A stretch of DNA of 64,000 nt from a virus (IMGVR_UViG_3300043788_000023:1-64000), one strand, 5' to 3'; positions 24,372-34,824 are shown, counted from the first letter of the stretch. The notes: generated by a model from the sequence alone, not told the origin. Program-made: numbers and translations.

Positions 24372-24935
24372 TTATTCGGAAAGTTCCCCGGTAGGTTGCT
24401 CAACGCCCGCTTCTATGGCGGCATCCGCCTGTTCGGCTAGGGCGTCTTGCTGTGCCTGCCCGGAAGGTGTGTTGCCGAGGTCGTTGACTTCCGATCCACC
24501 AACCACTGCGGCTGAAGCGATGGCTGCGGGGGTCGGCTGCTCCGTAGCTTGCACGGGCTGGCCCTGCGGGGGTGCGTCCTCAAGCTCGTAGGAGAAGGTG
24601 AATTCCTTTGCGGTCTCAACAGTTTCGCCGTCCGCGATCTCCCACTTGATGTTGATGCGCTTCTGCTGGAAGGACTCCATCTCTTCCTTCGTCAGCACGA
24701 CCTTTTCGTCCAGCCTCCTGAGGAGGCTCGCCGCCAGCACCGAGAGGCGCTGGTTCTGACCGTAAATCTCACGGAACTGACCGATGAATGAGCCGATGAC
24801 CGTGTTCGGGTCGTTCTTGAGTTCGTAGTTCTCCTTCTCAAGCTGTTCGGCGTACTTCTTGCACGAAGAAAGCATCTGCTTCTTCAGCGCGTTGTTCTGC
24901 CGCACCGCGTCCAACCCCTTTGCTCGCCTGCCCAT
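24372..24935 (-). CDS. Hypothetical protein
   Basis: 187-aa ORF coupled by TAATG to the upstream gene. Confidence 0.75.
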   Translation of the reverse strand: MGRRAKGLDAVRQNNALKKQMLSSCKKYAEQLEKENYELKNDPNTVIGSFIGQFREIYGQNQRLSVLAASLLRRLDEKVVLTKEEMESFQQKRINIKWEIADGETVETAKEFTFSYELEDAPPQGQPVQATEQPTPAAIASAAVVGGSEVNDLGNTPSGQAQQDALAEQADAAIEAGVEQPTGELSE

Positions 24936-25198
24936 TATTCCTCCTCGGGGTCAAATTCCCCGTCAAATCTGCTGACATCAGTCCAAGAACCCTCGCCGAA
25001 TCGCTTCTCAAACTCGTTGAAGCAGTCAACGCAAATCCAGATCACGGTGTCGCCCGTCTCGCTGACCTGCTTATAGAACGCTGGCTTGCCACAAAGCTGT
25101 CCCCCAGCGTCAGCTACACGCTGCTCGTCCGTTATATCGGTGACGGCAAAGGTCTCCGCTGGGAAGTCTGACTTGAAGACCCTTTGACAGTTCGGCAT
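24935..25198 (-). CDS. Hypothetical protein with Cys residues
   Basis: 87 aa, TAATG overlaps on both sides. Confidence 0.7.
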   Translation of the reverse strand: MPNCQRVFKSDFPAETFAVTDITDEQRVADAGGQLCGKPAFYKQVSETGDTVIWICVDCFNEFEKRFGEGSWTDVSRFDGEFDPEEE

Positions 25199-25836
25199 TA
25201 CTGCTCCGATTCGTCCTTGACGATCTTAGCAGAAGTATCAACGATAGTCTGCGCTGCGGCCGCTTTTTCAGCGAGAACCTTGCCCAGCTTGATGTCAAAC
25301 AACGGGTCAATGTAGTGCTCCATCCCGTAGGGATCACGGAATGTAAGCTCGGTCAGCTTGGTGAATGCCTCGCCGTCAACGACGAACGCCGTGCCGATGG
25401 GGAGGGTCGGAAAGTGAATGATTTGCATGGGTTGCTCCTTCAGTAGAATACTGGGGGTTTGAAATTTTCGCAGATATTCTTGGGCAGCAGCGACGTTCCG
25501 ACTTTCAACGTAGCCTATGAACACGTTGCAAGGGCGACAAAGTAGCGAACGAAATTGCCCCGTGACGTGGTCATGATCTACACACAGCCCCTCACGATGC
25601 CTGCGGGTGCCTTTGTCCAACTTAGGAATTTCGCCACACAGGGCACATCTCCCATGTTGTTTCGCTTTCTCTTTTTGGAAAAATTCTTCGGTTATGCTGT
25701 AGCGATTGCGAAGAGTGTAGTCACGTCTTACGGACGGCGGTCTAGCCTTTTCCTGCTTCGCTATTCTCGCTTTGACTTCGGGGCGTGCCTTATACTCTCG
25801 GTTCTGTACACGGCGAAGCTCCTGATTTTCAGTCAT
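25198..25836 (-). CDS. Endonuclease VII-type HNH protein reading in frame into a 76-aa downstream gene (own start at 25428)
   Basis: YSIT..QHGRCALC..LCVDHDHVTGQFRSLLCRPCN motif; internal AAGGAG RBS and ATG at 25428. Confidence 0.75.
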   Translation of the reverse strand: MTENQELRRVQNREYKARPEVKARIAKQEKARPPSVRRDYTLRNRYSITEEFFQKEKAKQHGRCALCGEIPKLDKGTRRHREGLCVDHDHVTGQFRSLLCRPCNVFIGYVESRNVAAAQEYLRKFQTPSILLKEQPMQIIHFPTLPIGTAFVVDGEAFTKLTELTFRDPYGMEHYIDPLFDIKLGKVLAEKAAAAQTIVDTSAKIVKDESEQ

Positions 25837-25852
25837 TTACGTAGATACTGCG

Positions 25853-27604
25853 TCAGAGGGCTTCCTCTTCTATATTCTTTGGGATCGGCTGCGGGATAGG
25901 CACGCCGTGGTCAGTCAGGTACTTTTCCGCAAGCTTCTTGATGTGATCCGGGTCAATCTGAAGCTGGGTCACAAGGTCACGGTTCGGGTCTATGATGCCC
26001 TCAATCTGCTGCTTCTTGACACCCAGCACATCGGACACGACTGGGTCTGAACCTTCGTCCGCCAGCAGGTAGTAGCTGGTGACAGGCTCGTCCTGACCGT
26101 CGCGGTGTAGTCGCCCCTCGCACTGTTCGTGGACGCCTGGTGACCAGTCAAGCTCGCCGAACACACAGACGTGGCACATGTCCTGCAAGCCGTCCATGCC
26201 CTGCCCGGCACGGAGTGAGATGATCATGACCTTTGACCTACCGCTGAGGAATTCCTGCTTGGCAGCTTCTTTCTGCGCCGGGCTTTCGGTGCCCGTGTAC
26301 ATCACTGGGTTGAGGTTCGTGACATTGAATGGGTACGTCGTGCTGCCACGCAACTTCTCCAGCCAAATCTCGTACACGTCACGGTGCCAGCCGTACAGGA
26401 CGACGGGCGTATTGTTTTCCTCAACGAGGAAACGCACGAAGTCGGCGACGAACGGAGCCTTGGCGATGCCCGTAGCTTGGCGCATCTTCATGTCAAACTC
26501 GCCCGCCGCTTGCATCTTCTGACCCTTGAATTCTTGGGACTGGCGCAGAATCAGCTTGGCAAGCTCAATAGCCTGCCCCTTGAGGCGCTTGAAAGCCTCG
26601 GGGTTGGACTCAATCCACTGCGGCACACGGATGATGCCGGGAAGCTCACGAGACACTTCCTTGCGGGTGCGGCGAAGCATGACGCCTGTCTCACGGGCGT
26701 AGACACCGAACGCTGGCGGGTCTGCGATCACATACTTCTGCCCACGGAACTCACACCACTCACGGCTGAACTCCTCCCAGTTGCCCAGCGCATCCGGGGT
26801 GATGACATCGCACACGCTCCAAATTTCGCCGCCGTAGTTGTAGATGGGAGTCGCGCTCAGCCCGAGGCGGTAGTCCACGCTGTCTGCAATGTGCTTGGCG
26901 GCCTCGTACTTCTGTGTTCCCCTGTGGCGAAGCTCTTGGCATTCATCAAAGACCACGGACTTGACGATACCGCTCAGCGTCTCCGCCCAGCCGCCCAGCT
27001 TGTGGTAGTTCGTGATGATGACATCCGGCAGCCTGCCCTTCTTGTCAAGAATGTCGTAGGGCGTGCCCTTCTTCAGGATGTGGCTCCGCAGATCAGTGAA
27101 CTTCTCAAGTTCAGACGCCCACTGGAACGGGAGGTGCGAGAGCGTGACGACCAATGCAGGTCTGAGCTTGGGGTCCACGAACCCGCAGAACGACACGGCT
27201 GTCTTGCCCAGCCCGACATCATCCGCCAACAGTAGGCCGCCTGTGGTCAGCCACATGTTCGCGGCCAGCCCTTGGTACTCACGGGGCGGGAGCTTCAACG
27301 GGAAGACCTTGTCGTTACCTTCGCCACGCAGAAACTTGTCCACCAAGCTCATGCGTTCACGGTGCTGGTTTGCTCGCTCTTCAAGGAAGTGCTCGGACGG
27401 GCGCACGTCCATCGGATAGCGCTGGAGAAAAACTTGAAGGTCTAGGCAATTCTCGGGAGTCGCCTTGAGGCGGTGCTTCTTGCCGTAATGCGTGGAATCT
27501 ATCTTGGGGAACCAGCGCTTGAGACGAATGGAGACGTGAGGCTCCGTCTCAATTTCCCAAGCCTTGATCGCCTTATAATACGTGGCTGTGCCGTAGAGTT
27601 TCAC
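25853..27604 (-). CDS. SNF2-family helicase
   Basis: LLADDVGLGKT, DECQ, SATP, MLRR, GQGMDGLQ, QCEGRLHRDGQ motifs. Confidence 0.92.
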   Translation of the reverse strand: MKLYGTATYYKAIKAWEIETEPHVSIRLKRWFPKIDSTHYGKKHRLKATPENCLDLQVFLQRYPMDVRPSEHFLEERANQHRERMSLVDKFLRGEGNDKVFPLKLPPREYQGLAANMWLTTGGLLLADDVGLGKTAVSFCGFVDPKLRPALVVTLSHLPFQWASELEKFTDLRSHILKKGTPYDILDKKGRLPDVIITNYHKLGGWAETLSGIVKSVVFDECQELRHRGTQKYEAAKHIADSVDYRLGLSATPIYNYGGEIWSVCDVITPDALGNWEEFSREWCEFRGQKYVIADPPAFGVYARETGVMLRRTRKEVSRELPGIIRVPQWIESNPEAFKRLKGQAIELAKLILRQSQEFKGQKMQAAGEFDMKMRQATGIAKAPFVADFVRFLVEENNTPVVLYGWHRDVYEIWLEKLRGSTTYPFNVTNLNPVMYTGTESPAQKEAAKQEFLSGRSKVMIISLRAGQGMDGLQDMCHVCVFGELDWSPGVHEQCEGRLHRDGQDEPVTSYYLLADEGSDPVVSDVLGVKKQQIEGIIDPNRDLVTQLQIDPDHIKKLAEKYLTDHGVPIPQPIPKNIEEEAL

Positions 27605-27621
27605 TCTACGTCAATACTGAA

Positions 27622-27855
27622 TCAGATGGCGTGCATGAGTTTGAGGATTGACCAGGTGGCGAGGACGGTCAGCAGGTCGTAGGTGATGGCGGCTGACCAG
27701 CTTCCGCCAGACATAGCGAAGACGATACCGCCGATGACGGCTCCGCTGTAGACAATGATGTACTTATTCCAAGATTTTGGGGTCACTTCGCGGAAGAGGA
27801 AGTTCAGCATCCCCATCCCGACTCCTGCGCCTTCTTGTCTAGGGCGTTTGCCCAA
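27622..27855 (-). CDS. Small membrane protein
   Basis: Two hydrophobic segments; start uncertain. Confidence 0.55.
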   Translation of the reverse strand: MGKRPRQEGAGVGMGMLNFLFREVTPKSWNKYIIVYSGAVIGGIVFAMSGGSWSAAITYDLLTVLATWSILKLMHAI

Positions 27856-27922
27856 GAGGTCAGCCGGACGAACCGGAGTGCCCGGATCAACAGGATCACA
27901 GCCGCCATTCTAAGCGTCTTGA

Positions 27923-28117
27923 TCATACAGGTTTGATGCCGGGAGTCGGCAAAGGGGTGCAAGCTTCTGCCTTGCAGCGGGGGCAGTAAGCGGGGTCGCA
28001 GTATCCCGACTCAAAGATATAGTGCGGGATCGCCTCAATGTCCTTCTTGAACTTGGCACAGTTCTCGCAGACATCAAGGTTGAGATTTTCGTAGTGCCTG
28101 TAAACGTGTTCGCTCAT
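27923..28117 (-). CDS. Small Cys-containing hypothetical protein
   Basis: CxxC pairs; ATGA overlap. Confidence 0.6.
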   Translation of the reverse strand: MSEHVYRHYENLNLDVCENCAKFKKDIEAIPHYIFESGYCDPAYCPRCKAEACTPLPTPGIKPV

Positions 28118-28485
28118 AGGAAACTGTTCAAGTATACCACGTAAAGCGGCTTGCCAAGGATTTCCTTTGGAAGGTCACGGTGCTTGGCTCGTGTGGTGAT
28201 CAGGATGATTGCCTTGACTTCGTCGTTCTTTGCGTAGCGCCAAAGCTGGCGAGTCACAGCAGCCAACCCCGCACCGCCCCGTGAGTCATTTGTCTTGCAC
28301 TCAATCCCGATGCCGCCAGCCGCAATGAAGAAATCCACACGGTCGCTTTTGTTCAGTGGGTACTCTGGCGTGAATGGTGCCTTCAAACCTTCAAGACATT
28401 GGGCGACACCTGCCTGAAGTTCCTTCTCGTCTTTGTAGCGGAAGCGGTAGAACACCAGCGCACTGGCTAGTTCCTCAGCGGTCAT
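28114..28485 (-). CDS. Putative PD-(D/E)xK nuclease-fold protein
   Basis: E..RVDF..GIECK..Q..Y pattern. Confidence 0.6.
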   Translation of the reverse strand: MTAEELASALVFYRFRYKDEKELQAGVAQCLEGLKAPFTPEYPLNKSDRVDFFIAAGGIGIECKTNDSRGGAGLAAVTRQLWRYAKNDEVKAIILITTRAKHRDLPKEILGKPLYVVYLNSFL

Positions 28486-28724
28486 TCAATTCTCCACGGC
28501 TCTTTTATCCTGATCTTCCAGCAGTTATCGGTGATGGGGAAGTTGTGCTTACAAATCCAGCACTGTGCCTTGTCGCCCATCATCCACGCCCCGAGACCAC
28601 TCTCCGTGAGGATCACGATCTCCTCAGAACCACATTTGGGACACTTCAGGTCTTCGGCGGATTCTCCGCCGATGCCTTCGGGATAGCGTGTGTAGATGCC
28701 GTAGGGTTGTTCTGCGAATTCCAT
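28482..28724 (-). CDS. Zinc-ribbon protein
   Basis: CPKC...CWIC; CAGTATT motif 8 nt upstream. Confidence 0.7.
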   Translation of the reverse strand: MEFAEQPYGIYTRYPEGIGGESAEDLKCPKCGSEEIVILTESGLGAWMMGDKAQCWICKHNFPITDNCWKIRIKEPWRIE

Positions 28725-28869
28725 ACGATTCCAATACTGCGTAGGAACTCACGATCTTGCATCGTAATCGTGTGCAGGCGGACGCATCTCTTACATTGGC
28801 AAGAGCGGCCGAACGGATGAGGAAAAATCATGCGTGACCCCCTGCCTTGCGACAGGAAGTCACGCTATG

Positions 28870-29088
28870 TCAGCACGTGATCGTGATGTTCGGGATCGGC
28901 AGCGGCATGCCCGTTGTGGATGGCTGTACGTAACCGCCAGTCCCGATCCAGACAGGCTGCGGGTACGGCGGATAGTACGGTTGCCACGGGTTGTAGGGCA
29001 CCAACTGATGGCCGCCCCTGCCGCATGTCGGGCAATGACCGCACGCAGGACACGGCTTGGGTGCGCAGTGGCAGCAGTTAGCCTCCAT
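28870..29088 (-). CDS. Small Cys/Pro-rich protein
   Basis: CPACGHCPTCG followed by a Pro/Tyr-rich tail; GGAGG RBS. Confidence 0.55.
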   Translation of the reverse strand: MEANCCHCAPKPCPACGHCPTCGRGGHQLVPYNPWQPYYPPYPQPVWIGTGGYVQPSTTGMPLPIPNITITC

Positions 29089-29794
29089 AGCCCACCTCCG
29101 CTGTTACGGATTCCTCACCCTTGGCTTCCGCCTTCGGCTCTTCTTCCGTCGCTCCGGTTGACAAGTCAATCGTGAGTTCGGACTGCAATGAAGAGCTAGG
29201 CCCGTTCGTTGTCGTCATCGTGTAGCTCGGCGAAGAAGTGCTGGTCAGCGTAGTGCTCAACCCGCTGAGGCTAGACGAGGACAGTGACAGGTCACTGGTA
29301 CCGCTTGACAGCGAGATGTTGCCGGATGTCGCGGGGTACGTGACCGTGCTGGCGTTGTTGATCGCACCGCACGTGTTGATCGCGTTGGTGGTCGTGAACT
29401 GCCCGCCTTGGAAGTTCCCGTTTCCGCCGACGAGACCGCCGCTGTTGTAGACGTACGAGGTCTGCGGGCTTCCCACGGTCAAAGTCCACGTATTGCCATT
29501 CCAGTAGGGGTTGCCGTACCAGACCCATTGGGGGTAGGAGTAGACGTAACGCACGTTCTGGGGGGCTTCTGTGCCGTTTATGAGGGCTTTTAGAGAGCGA
29601 TCCAGCATGTCCAGCCTGGCTACCTCTGACAGAAGTTCCGTGTGGGTTCTTTGGGCTTTGGCGAGGGCTTTCTCGGCTCTCACCAACGCCGCCTTCTTAG
29701 CCGCAAGCTCCTTGGAGCAGACGGCAGCTAGCTTTCCGTACTTCGTAGACCGCTTTTTGGGGGTCTTCACTGCCTTTAGTTTTGATTTTGCCAT
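29078..29794 (-). CDS. Hypothetical protein (coiled coil plus Ser/Thr-rich tail)
   Basis: Start moved to ATG 29794 (MAKSK) after GAGGT. Confidence 0.7.
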   Translation of the reverse strand: MAKSKLKAVKTPKKRSTKYGKLAAVCSKELAAKKAALVRAEKALAKAQRTHTELLSEVARLDMLDRSLKALINGTEAPQNVRYVYSYPQWVWYGNPYWNGNTWTLTVGSPQTSYVYNSGGLVGGNGNFQGGQFTTTNAINTCGAINNASTVTYPATSGNISLSSGTSDLSLSSSSLSGLSTTLTSTSSPSYTMTTTNGPSSSLQSELTIDLSTGATEEEPKAEAKGEESVTAEVGYGG

Positions 29795-29904
29795 GTGGCA
29801 CCTCTGAAATTGCATGTGACAGCTTGAAAATTGTGCTTAGTTATCAAACTGACCATCGCTTTCGGAGGTTCAATACTGTAAAATCGTTCAAATGGGGGAA
29901 ACAG

Positions 29905-30234
29905 ATGCCCGGAATCAATGATGACACAGTAGAAAGACAGGAACTCCATTGCCACGCCTGCAACGGGTACGTGCAGTTCGCCCTAGACACCTCAATCAAC
30001 GGGAATCACGTCCTCGCCTGCCCGAACTGCGGGCATGAGCATTGCCGGGTGGTTTACAACGGGAAGATTAGCGACGTGCGGTGGGATCAGCGGAACGGGG
30101 CGGGAAACAACCTGCCTGTGTACTACCTCACAACCTCGGTCACTTACACGACGGCATCAACCGTGTACGCGACGGGGAGCAATACGATGTACCTGATGTC
30201 GGCCTCAACCGGGACGGGCTGGGTCGGCTACTAG
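29905..30234 (+). CDS. Zinc-ribbon protein
   Basis: CHAC...CPNCGHEH; likely ATG 29905 after GGGGG. Confidence 0.6.
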   Translation: MPGINDDTVERQELHCHACNGYVQFALDTSINGNHVLACPNCGHEHCRVVYNGKISDVRWDQRNGAGNNLPVYYLTTSVTYTTASTVYATGSNTMYLMSASTGTGWVGY

Positions 30235-30434
30235 CCGACGATGAGGGAGTTTCCGTCGTCCGAGAGACTGAGACGTGGACGACGGTCGGTGACGCCTGCT
30301 GCGGTTGCGATGGCCGCAAGTTCCGCCTGAACTGCGGCGGCTGCGGCATGGTGCGCGGTACACGCCGAAGCTTGGGCTGCCTGCAAAGGAGCCAAAGCCG
30401 TCTTCTGGTCTGCCGTCAATGTGATAACTTTCAT
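30231..30434 (-). CDS. Small Ala-rich protein downstream of the tail fibre
   Basis: ATGA overlap with the tail fibre stop. Confidence 0.65.
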   Translation of the reverse strand: MKVITLTADQKTALAPLQAAQASACTAHHAAAAAVQAELAAIATAAGVTDRRPRLSLSDDGNSLIVG

Positions 30435-33400
30435 GATTTGTTCTCCAAGTCCGTAATACGGTCTTTCAGCGATTTATTCTCGGCAGCCAATTCCTTGACT
30501 GCGTTGACCAAAGCCGCAAGAATCGGGCGAGTGTCCAGCGAGAGATAGTCGCCTTCCTGCCCGATGGCTTCCGGTATCGCCTTCTGCACGTCCTGCGCGA
30601 TGAAACCCGCGAACTCCTGAGTTGCGGAGAAGCCCGTGATCTTCTGACCCGCCTCGTTCCACGTGTAAAGCTGGGGATTGATGGCGGTCACGGCGGCAAG
30701 CCCGCGAGCGAATGGCGCTACGACATTCTTCAAGCGTTCGTCAGATGTCCCGGTGAGAACCGTGGTGATACCGTTCGCGGTCTGGATGCTTGTGATGGTA
30801 GCGAAGGGGCCAGCCGAGACGCCCGCCACGTTGTTCATCCACAACCCGTTGGGGTCAACTGCCGAAATCACAACGGCGTTTGCTTGTGGGGTGGGGGCAC
30901 TGTTGTTTGCGATCAGTTGTATGCCCGCAGCACCGCCAGTGTCCTTAATCTGAACTCCGCTTGAAGGCCCGCCGCCGTCGCTTTCGAGCAGCAGGAAGGC
31001 TCCTGTTTGACCACCTTGACCCGCAACGATGGATATTCCGTTGGGGGTTTGATCCGTGATACCGATTCCGCTTCCACCCGCAGTGCCCGAATTTCGGATG
31101 AAAACTCCGCCAGCATTCGTGACATCAATAAACACTCCACCTTCGCTGCTGTCTTGGATTTCTATGCCACCAAAACCGCCAGTCAGGTCATTGTTCTTGA
31201 TGAGGATGGAATCCCCGGAACCATTCGCTTCAATCTCAACGTTGCAGAAGGTGCCCGTAGGAAGCGTGGACACCACGAAGTTGTTCGGGATGTGGAAAAA
31301 GAAAATACCGTTAGAGGTGCTCGTGGGCGTGAAGTCGCACTCGCCCGACCAGGTGAAACCAAGTTCCCCGCCCGAGGTGAAGTTCATTCCCGGTCCGGTG
31401 GTTGACAACTCGGTGATACTCACCCCTGTATTCGTATTGTTGTCGGTGACAGTCCAGCCGCCCAACGACGTGGTAGCCACTGCTCCGCTGCCCGTGGAAT
31501 TGGTGGTCACTCCCCCGTTGCCCGTGTCTGTGATGTGGGTGCCGCCCGCGCCCGTGTTATTGAGGAGTATGGAGCCAGTGGACGTCAGGTTTATGGCAGT
31601 GACAGGACTCAACTCAACGAACGTGACATCCTCAAAAGGAATATCGTTCGCCCCGGTGTCGCTGGTCGGGGTGATCGTGTCCGTACCGGAAATCAGAGGC
31701 GTCGCGTTCGGTGCTGTGAATAGTGCGACGTAGGTGGTGTTGATCAGCGTGTAACCGACCTGGGTGTAGACGTTGTTTTGCGTGTCTGTGACGCCGATGC
31801 CTACCATGGCGTGATGTTGCCCGCCAAAGGCGACCGCGAGCGTGCTACCCGCCAACGTAGTTGTGTTGAAAGCGGCAAGCGGATTTCCGCCATTGCCGAA
31901 GTTGCGGAAACCGTTCGTTTGAAGAATAGCTGGCGTCGTCTCAAAGAAGGCGATCAGGGTCGCCCAGTCCGCTGTTGTGATAGTTTCCGAAAAAGTAGTG
32001 GCGGTTGGGGTGGTGAGGGACTTGGCCGTCACCAGCATCTCATCGGCACTCCTCACCACGTTCCACGACGGGTCAAATGCTGTTCCGATAGGAACCGTGA
32101 CTGCAAGCGCCCACTCAAGGATACCGGACGGGCTTCCGGTTACGCTGGTAGTCGTCCCGCTTCCTACCGCTTCCACCGCGTTGTCAAACGCGAGACCTGT
32201 CGTACCCACGGCAAGCGCCTCAACGACTGGCGCGACTGCCAAAATTTCTTCCGCTGCATTGAGAACAATGCTACCCCCAGAACCGTAGTACGACATTATG
32301 ATCGTGTGCCACGGACCGGGGCTTGCCTGCGTCCAAGACGAGGTGTATGGACCGATGGTCGGAGCATTCTCCGAAGCCATGTCCATCTGGACGTTGCTGC
32401 TAAATGGAAGCGTCTGGGACTGAAGCTGTGTGAATGAGTCAGTCAGGTTCGCGGGCGGATGATAAGCCACGTCAAAAGCCAGCAAAAGTTCCTTGTTCGT
32501 CAAGGTGTAGAGTGTCTGGGAAGACCAAGACGTGCTGTTTCCGCTGTTGAGCAAGACTTGTTCAATCCCAACTGCGTCTTGGATTTCGGCAAAGAGCACG
32601 GCGACGTTCGTATTGGTAACGAACGTCATTGAGATCGTCAGGGTACCCGAGGACTTGGCTTGGCTCGTGTACAGGGTAAACCCGTGAGTGTCACCACCGC
32701 CGATAAAAAACTTTTGCAGGTTCCAACTGTTTCCTTGGTTGTCCGTGAAAGTGAGCGGGCGAGTCGCAGTCTGGTCTAACCCAACGAAAACCACAAGCTG
32801 GTTCCCAGCCACTACGTTTGAGGGGTAAGAGAAACTGTACGAAGTGCCGCTGCTCAAGAAACTGTCTTGCTGAAGAACGGTTGGAGAAACACTCGGCTCG
32901 GTTGTGATGGTGACCCCGAACCCGCCTGAATCTGTGATGGCAGTCCCGCCTGCGGTGTTGACAGCGAACGCGTCCGTGGAGTTGTTCCAAGTCAGCCCCG
33001 AAGCGCCTCCGAACGAACCCAAATTGTTGTACTGAATCTGCTGGTTGGTGCCGCCCGGTGTGCCTCCACCACCCCCACCGCCCGCTTGCCAGATTGGGTC
33101 CAAACCCACACCTTGGCTCGTGAGAACCCAGCCCGCCGTGCCGAGAGTGGACAGCGTATAGACATCGCTGCCGCCGTTTCCGATAACCACTGAGTGTGCC
33201 AAGAGCGGACCGCCAGTGTTCGTTACCGTGCCCGTGCCACTGACCGTAACCCACGAAGCCGCAGTTGGGCTTGTGGCTTGCAACACTTGGCTGGTTGAGG
33301 GAGGAGTGCTGCTGACCACCACGTTCCAGAGTTGCGTCGCTTCTACGGTACCAGTTCCCGACTGCGCGATGTGTGCGCCGGAGCCTACTGTCATCGTGGC

Positions 33401-34780
33401 GGTCGTGTTGGTTCCCGTCGTGATGGACGTGAATGTTGAGCCTCCGCTCGGCGTCTGCCAGTTGGCGGAAGTCGCGCTGGTAGCCGTGAGAACCTGCCCG
33501 GTGGTCGGAGCCGCAGCGTTTTTGACGACAACCGGGGAGCCTGTTGTTGCGAGCGATGTCGCCTCCACTATGCCCGTTCCGCTGGGCACGATGGACGCGC
33601 CGGAGCCTACGGTCATCGTAGCCGTCGTGTTGGTTGCTGACGTGATGGCGCTAAACGGTGCAGCGGTGGCGGTGATGGCTCCTGTGCCCGAGGCGATAAT
33701 CGCCGCGCCCGTACCCACAGTCATGATTGCGTTGTTGTTGGTCCCCGATTGAATGGCGCTAAACGACGAACTGCCGCCTCCGCCTGGCGTCTGCCAGTTC
33801 GCTGCGTTGAAGGCGGTCGCTGTGAGGACTTGCCCGGTGGTTGGCGGTGTGCTGCTTATCACGACGCCGAACAGTTCGTTCGCGTTGATCGTGCCCGAAC
33901 CAATGAAGGTGATAGCAGCCCCGGTGTTGACCGTCATGCTCGCCGTGCTGTTGGTGCCCGAGGTCAAGGCGCTGAACGAGGAGCCGCTGCCAGCATTTAT
34001 CCACCGTATCCCGGTCACCGTGGAGCTAAGAATCTGCCCGCTCGTTCCGACCGAGTTCGTGCCGTCCGCCAGCGTCCCGGTGATGTGCTCGTTGACCACA
34101 GTGTTTGTGCCGGAGAAGGATGGAGAAGCCAGAGGTGCTGCACCCGTGATCTGACCCACGGTGTAATCGCCAGTATTGGCGCTCACAGCCCCGGTGCGCC
34201 CGAATACGGAAATGACTTGGCCTGTCGGAGTGGCGGCCGTGAAAAGTCCTGTGCTTGCCGTGTAGCTAGTGAAGAACTGACCCGAAGGAGCCGTGAAGCT
34301 TTGCGCAAGCTGAGGCGTACCACTGATTTGGGCGTAGGAGTAGTCGCCAGTCTGCGGAAGAACCACACCGCTGCGACCGTTGAAGGACGTGACAGAGATC
34401 GTGTTGATGTCCGACGTCGTGAGGGCACGGAAGGTTGGCGCAGCGGAACCAGATGTCGGACCCGCGAACACCGTGTGGGCGCTCTGGTTCGCCAGTGATA
34501 GCGATAGGGTACCGCTGGTGACAACGGGCGACCCTGACACAGTGAAGATTGGGGGTGCGGCTAGGCTGACGCTGGTGACAGCAGTTGGGGGCATCAACCA
34601 CTGCAAATTGGCGGTGTTTCCGTTGTAGACCGAAGAAACGACTAGACTCTGACCGATCTGCGGGATGGTCGTAGGCAGCAGGTAGGTGAAGCCACCCCCG
34701 GAGGGCTGGCAACCGAAGGCGAAGGTGCCTCCCGAAGTGCCTATAAGTACGAGATTTCCGTTGACTCTCTGATCCGCCAT
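30431..34780 (-). CDS. Tail fibre with C-terminal intramolecular chaperone (Peptidase S74-type)
   Basis: G/T/S-rich repeats; SDERLKN..GFIAQDVQKAIPEA..LVNAVKEL coiled coil; likely start ATG 34780. Confidence 0.88.
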   Translation of the reverse strand: MADQRVNGNLVLIGTSGGTFAFGCQPSGGGFTYLLPTTIPQIGQSLVVSSVYNGNTANLQWLMPPTAVTSVSLAAPPIFTVSGSPVVTSGTLSLSLANQSAHTVFAGPTSGSAAPTFRALTTSDINTISVTSFNGRSGVVLPQTGDYSYAQISGTPQLAQSFTAPSGQFFTSYTASTGLFTAATPTGQVISVFGRTGAVSANTGDYTVGQITGAAPLASPSFSGTNTVVNEHITGTLADGTNSVGTSGQILSSTVTGIRWINAGSGSSFSALTSGTNSTASMTVNTGAAITFIGSGTINANELFGVVISSTPPTTGQVLTATAFNAANWQTPGGGGSSSFSAIQSGTNNNAIMTVGTGAAIIASGTGAITATAAPFSAITSATNTTATMTVGSGASIVPSGTGIVEATSLATTGSPVVVKNAAAPTTGQVLTATSATSANWQTPSGGSTFTSITTGTNTTATMTVGSGAHIAQSGTGTVEATQLWNVVVSSTPPSTSQVLQATSPTAASWVTVSGTGTVTNTGGPLLAHSVVIGNGGSDVYTLSTLGTAGWVLTSQGVGLDPIWQAGGGGGGGTPGGTNQQIQYNNLGSFGGASGLTWNNSTDAFAVNTAGGTAITDSGGFGVTITTEPSVSPTVLQQDSFLSSGTSYSFSYPSNVVAGNQLVVFVGLDQTATRPLTFTDNQGNSWNLQKFFIGGGDTHGFTLYTSQAKSSGTLTISMTFVTNTNVAVLFAEIQDAVGIEQVLLNSGNSTSWSSQTLYTLTNKELLLAFDVAYHPPANLTDSFTQLQSQTLPFSSNVQMDMASENAPTIGPYTSSWTQASPGPWHTIIMSYYGSGGSIVLNAAEEILAVAPVVEALAVGTTGLAFDNAVEAVGSGTTTSVTGSPSGILEWALAVTVPIGTAFDPSWNVVRSADEMLVTAKSLTTPTATTFSETITTADWATLIAFFETTPAILQTNGFRNFGNGGNPLAAFNTTTLAGSTLAVAFGGQHHAMVGIGVTDTQNNVYTQVGYTLINTTYVALFTAPNATPLISGTDTITPTSDTGANDIPFEDVTFVELSPVTAINLTSTGSILLNNTGAGGTHITDTGNGGVTTNSTGSGAVATTSLGGWTVTDNNTNTGVSITELSTTGPGMNFTSGGELGFTWSGECDFTPTSTSNGIFFFHIPNNFVVSTLPTGTFCNVEIEANGSGDSILIKNNDLTGGFGGIEIQDSSEGGVFIDVTNAGGVFIRNSGTAGGSGIGITDQTPNGISIVAGQGGQTGAFLLLESDGGGPSSGVQIKDTGGAAGIQLIANNSAPTPQANAVVISAVDPNGLWMNNVAGVSAGPFATITSIQTANGITTVLTGTSDERLKNVVAPFARGLAAVTAINPQLYTWNEAGQKITGFSATQEFAGFIAQDVQKAIPEAIGQEGDYLSLDTRPILAALVNAVKELAAENKSLKDRITDLENKS
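33250..33985 (-). repeat. About 4 degenerate protein repeats in the tail fibre
   Basis: F[ST][AS]I/LT[ST]GTNxTAxMTVGxGAxI...GxG repeated, with TGQVLTAT..ANWQTP spacers. Confidence 0.75.
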
Positions 34781-34791
34781 GCGATTGAGCC

Positions 34792-34811
34792 TCACAAAAG
34801 GGAACGGAAGT
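34792..34811 (-). promoter_or_regulatory. Putative late-promoter motif ACTTCCGTTCCCTTTTGTGA
   Basis: Shares TAACTTCCGTTC exactly with the copy at 59168-59189. Confidence 0.55.
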
Positions 34812-34824
34812 TAGACCGCTGGCT

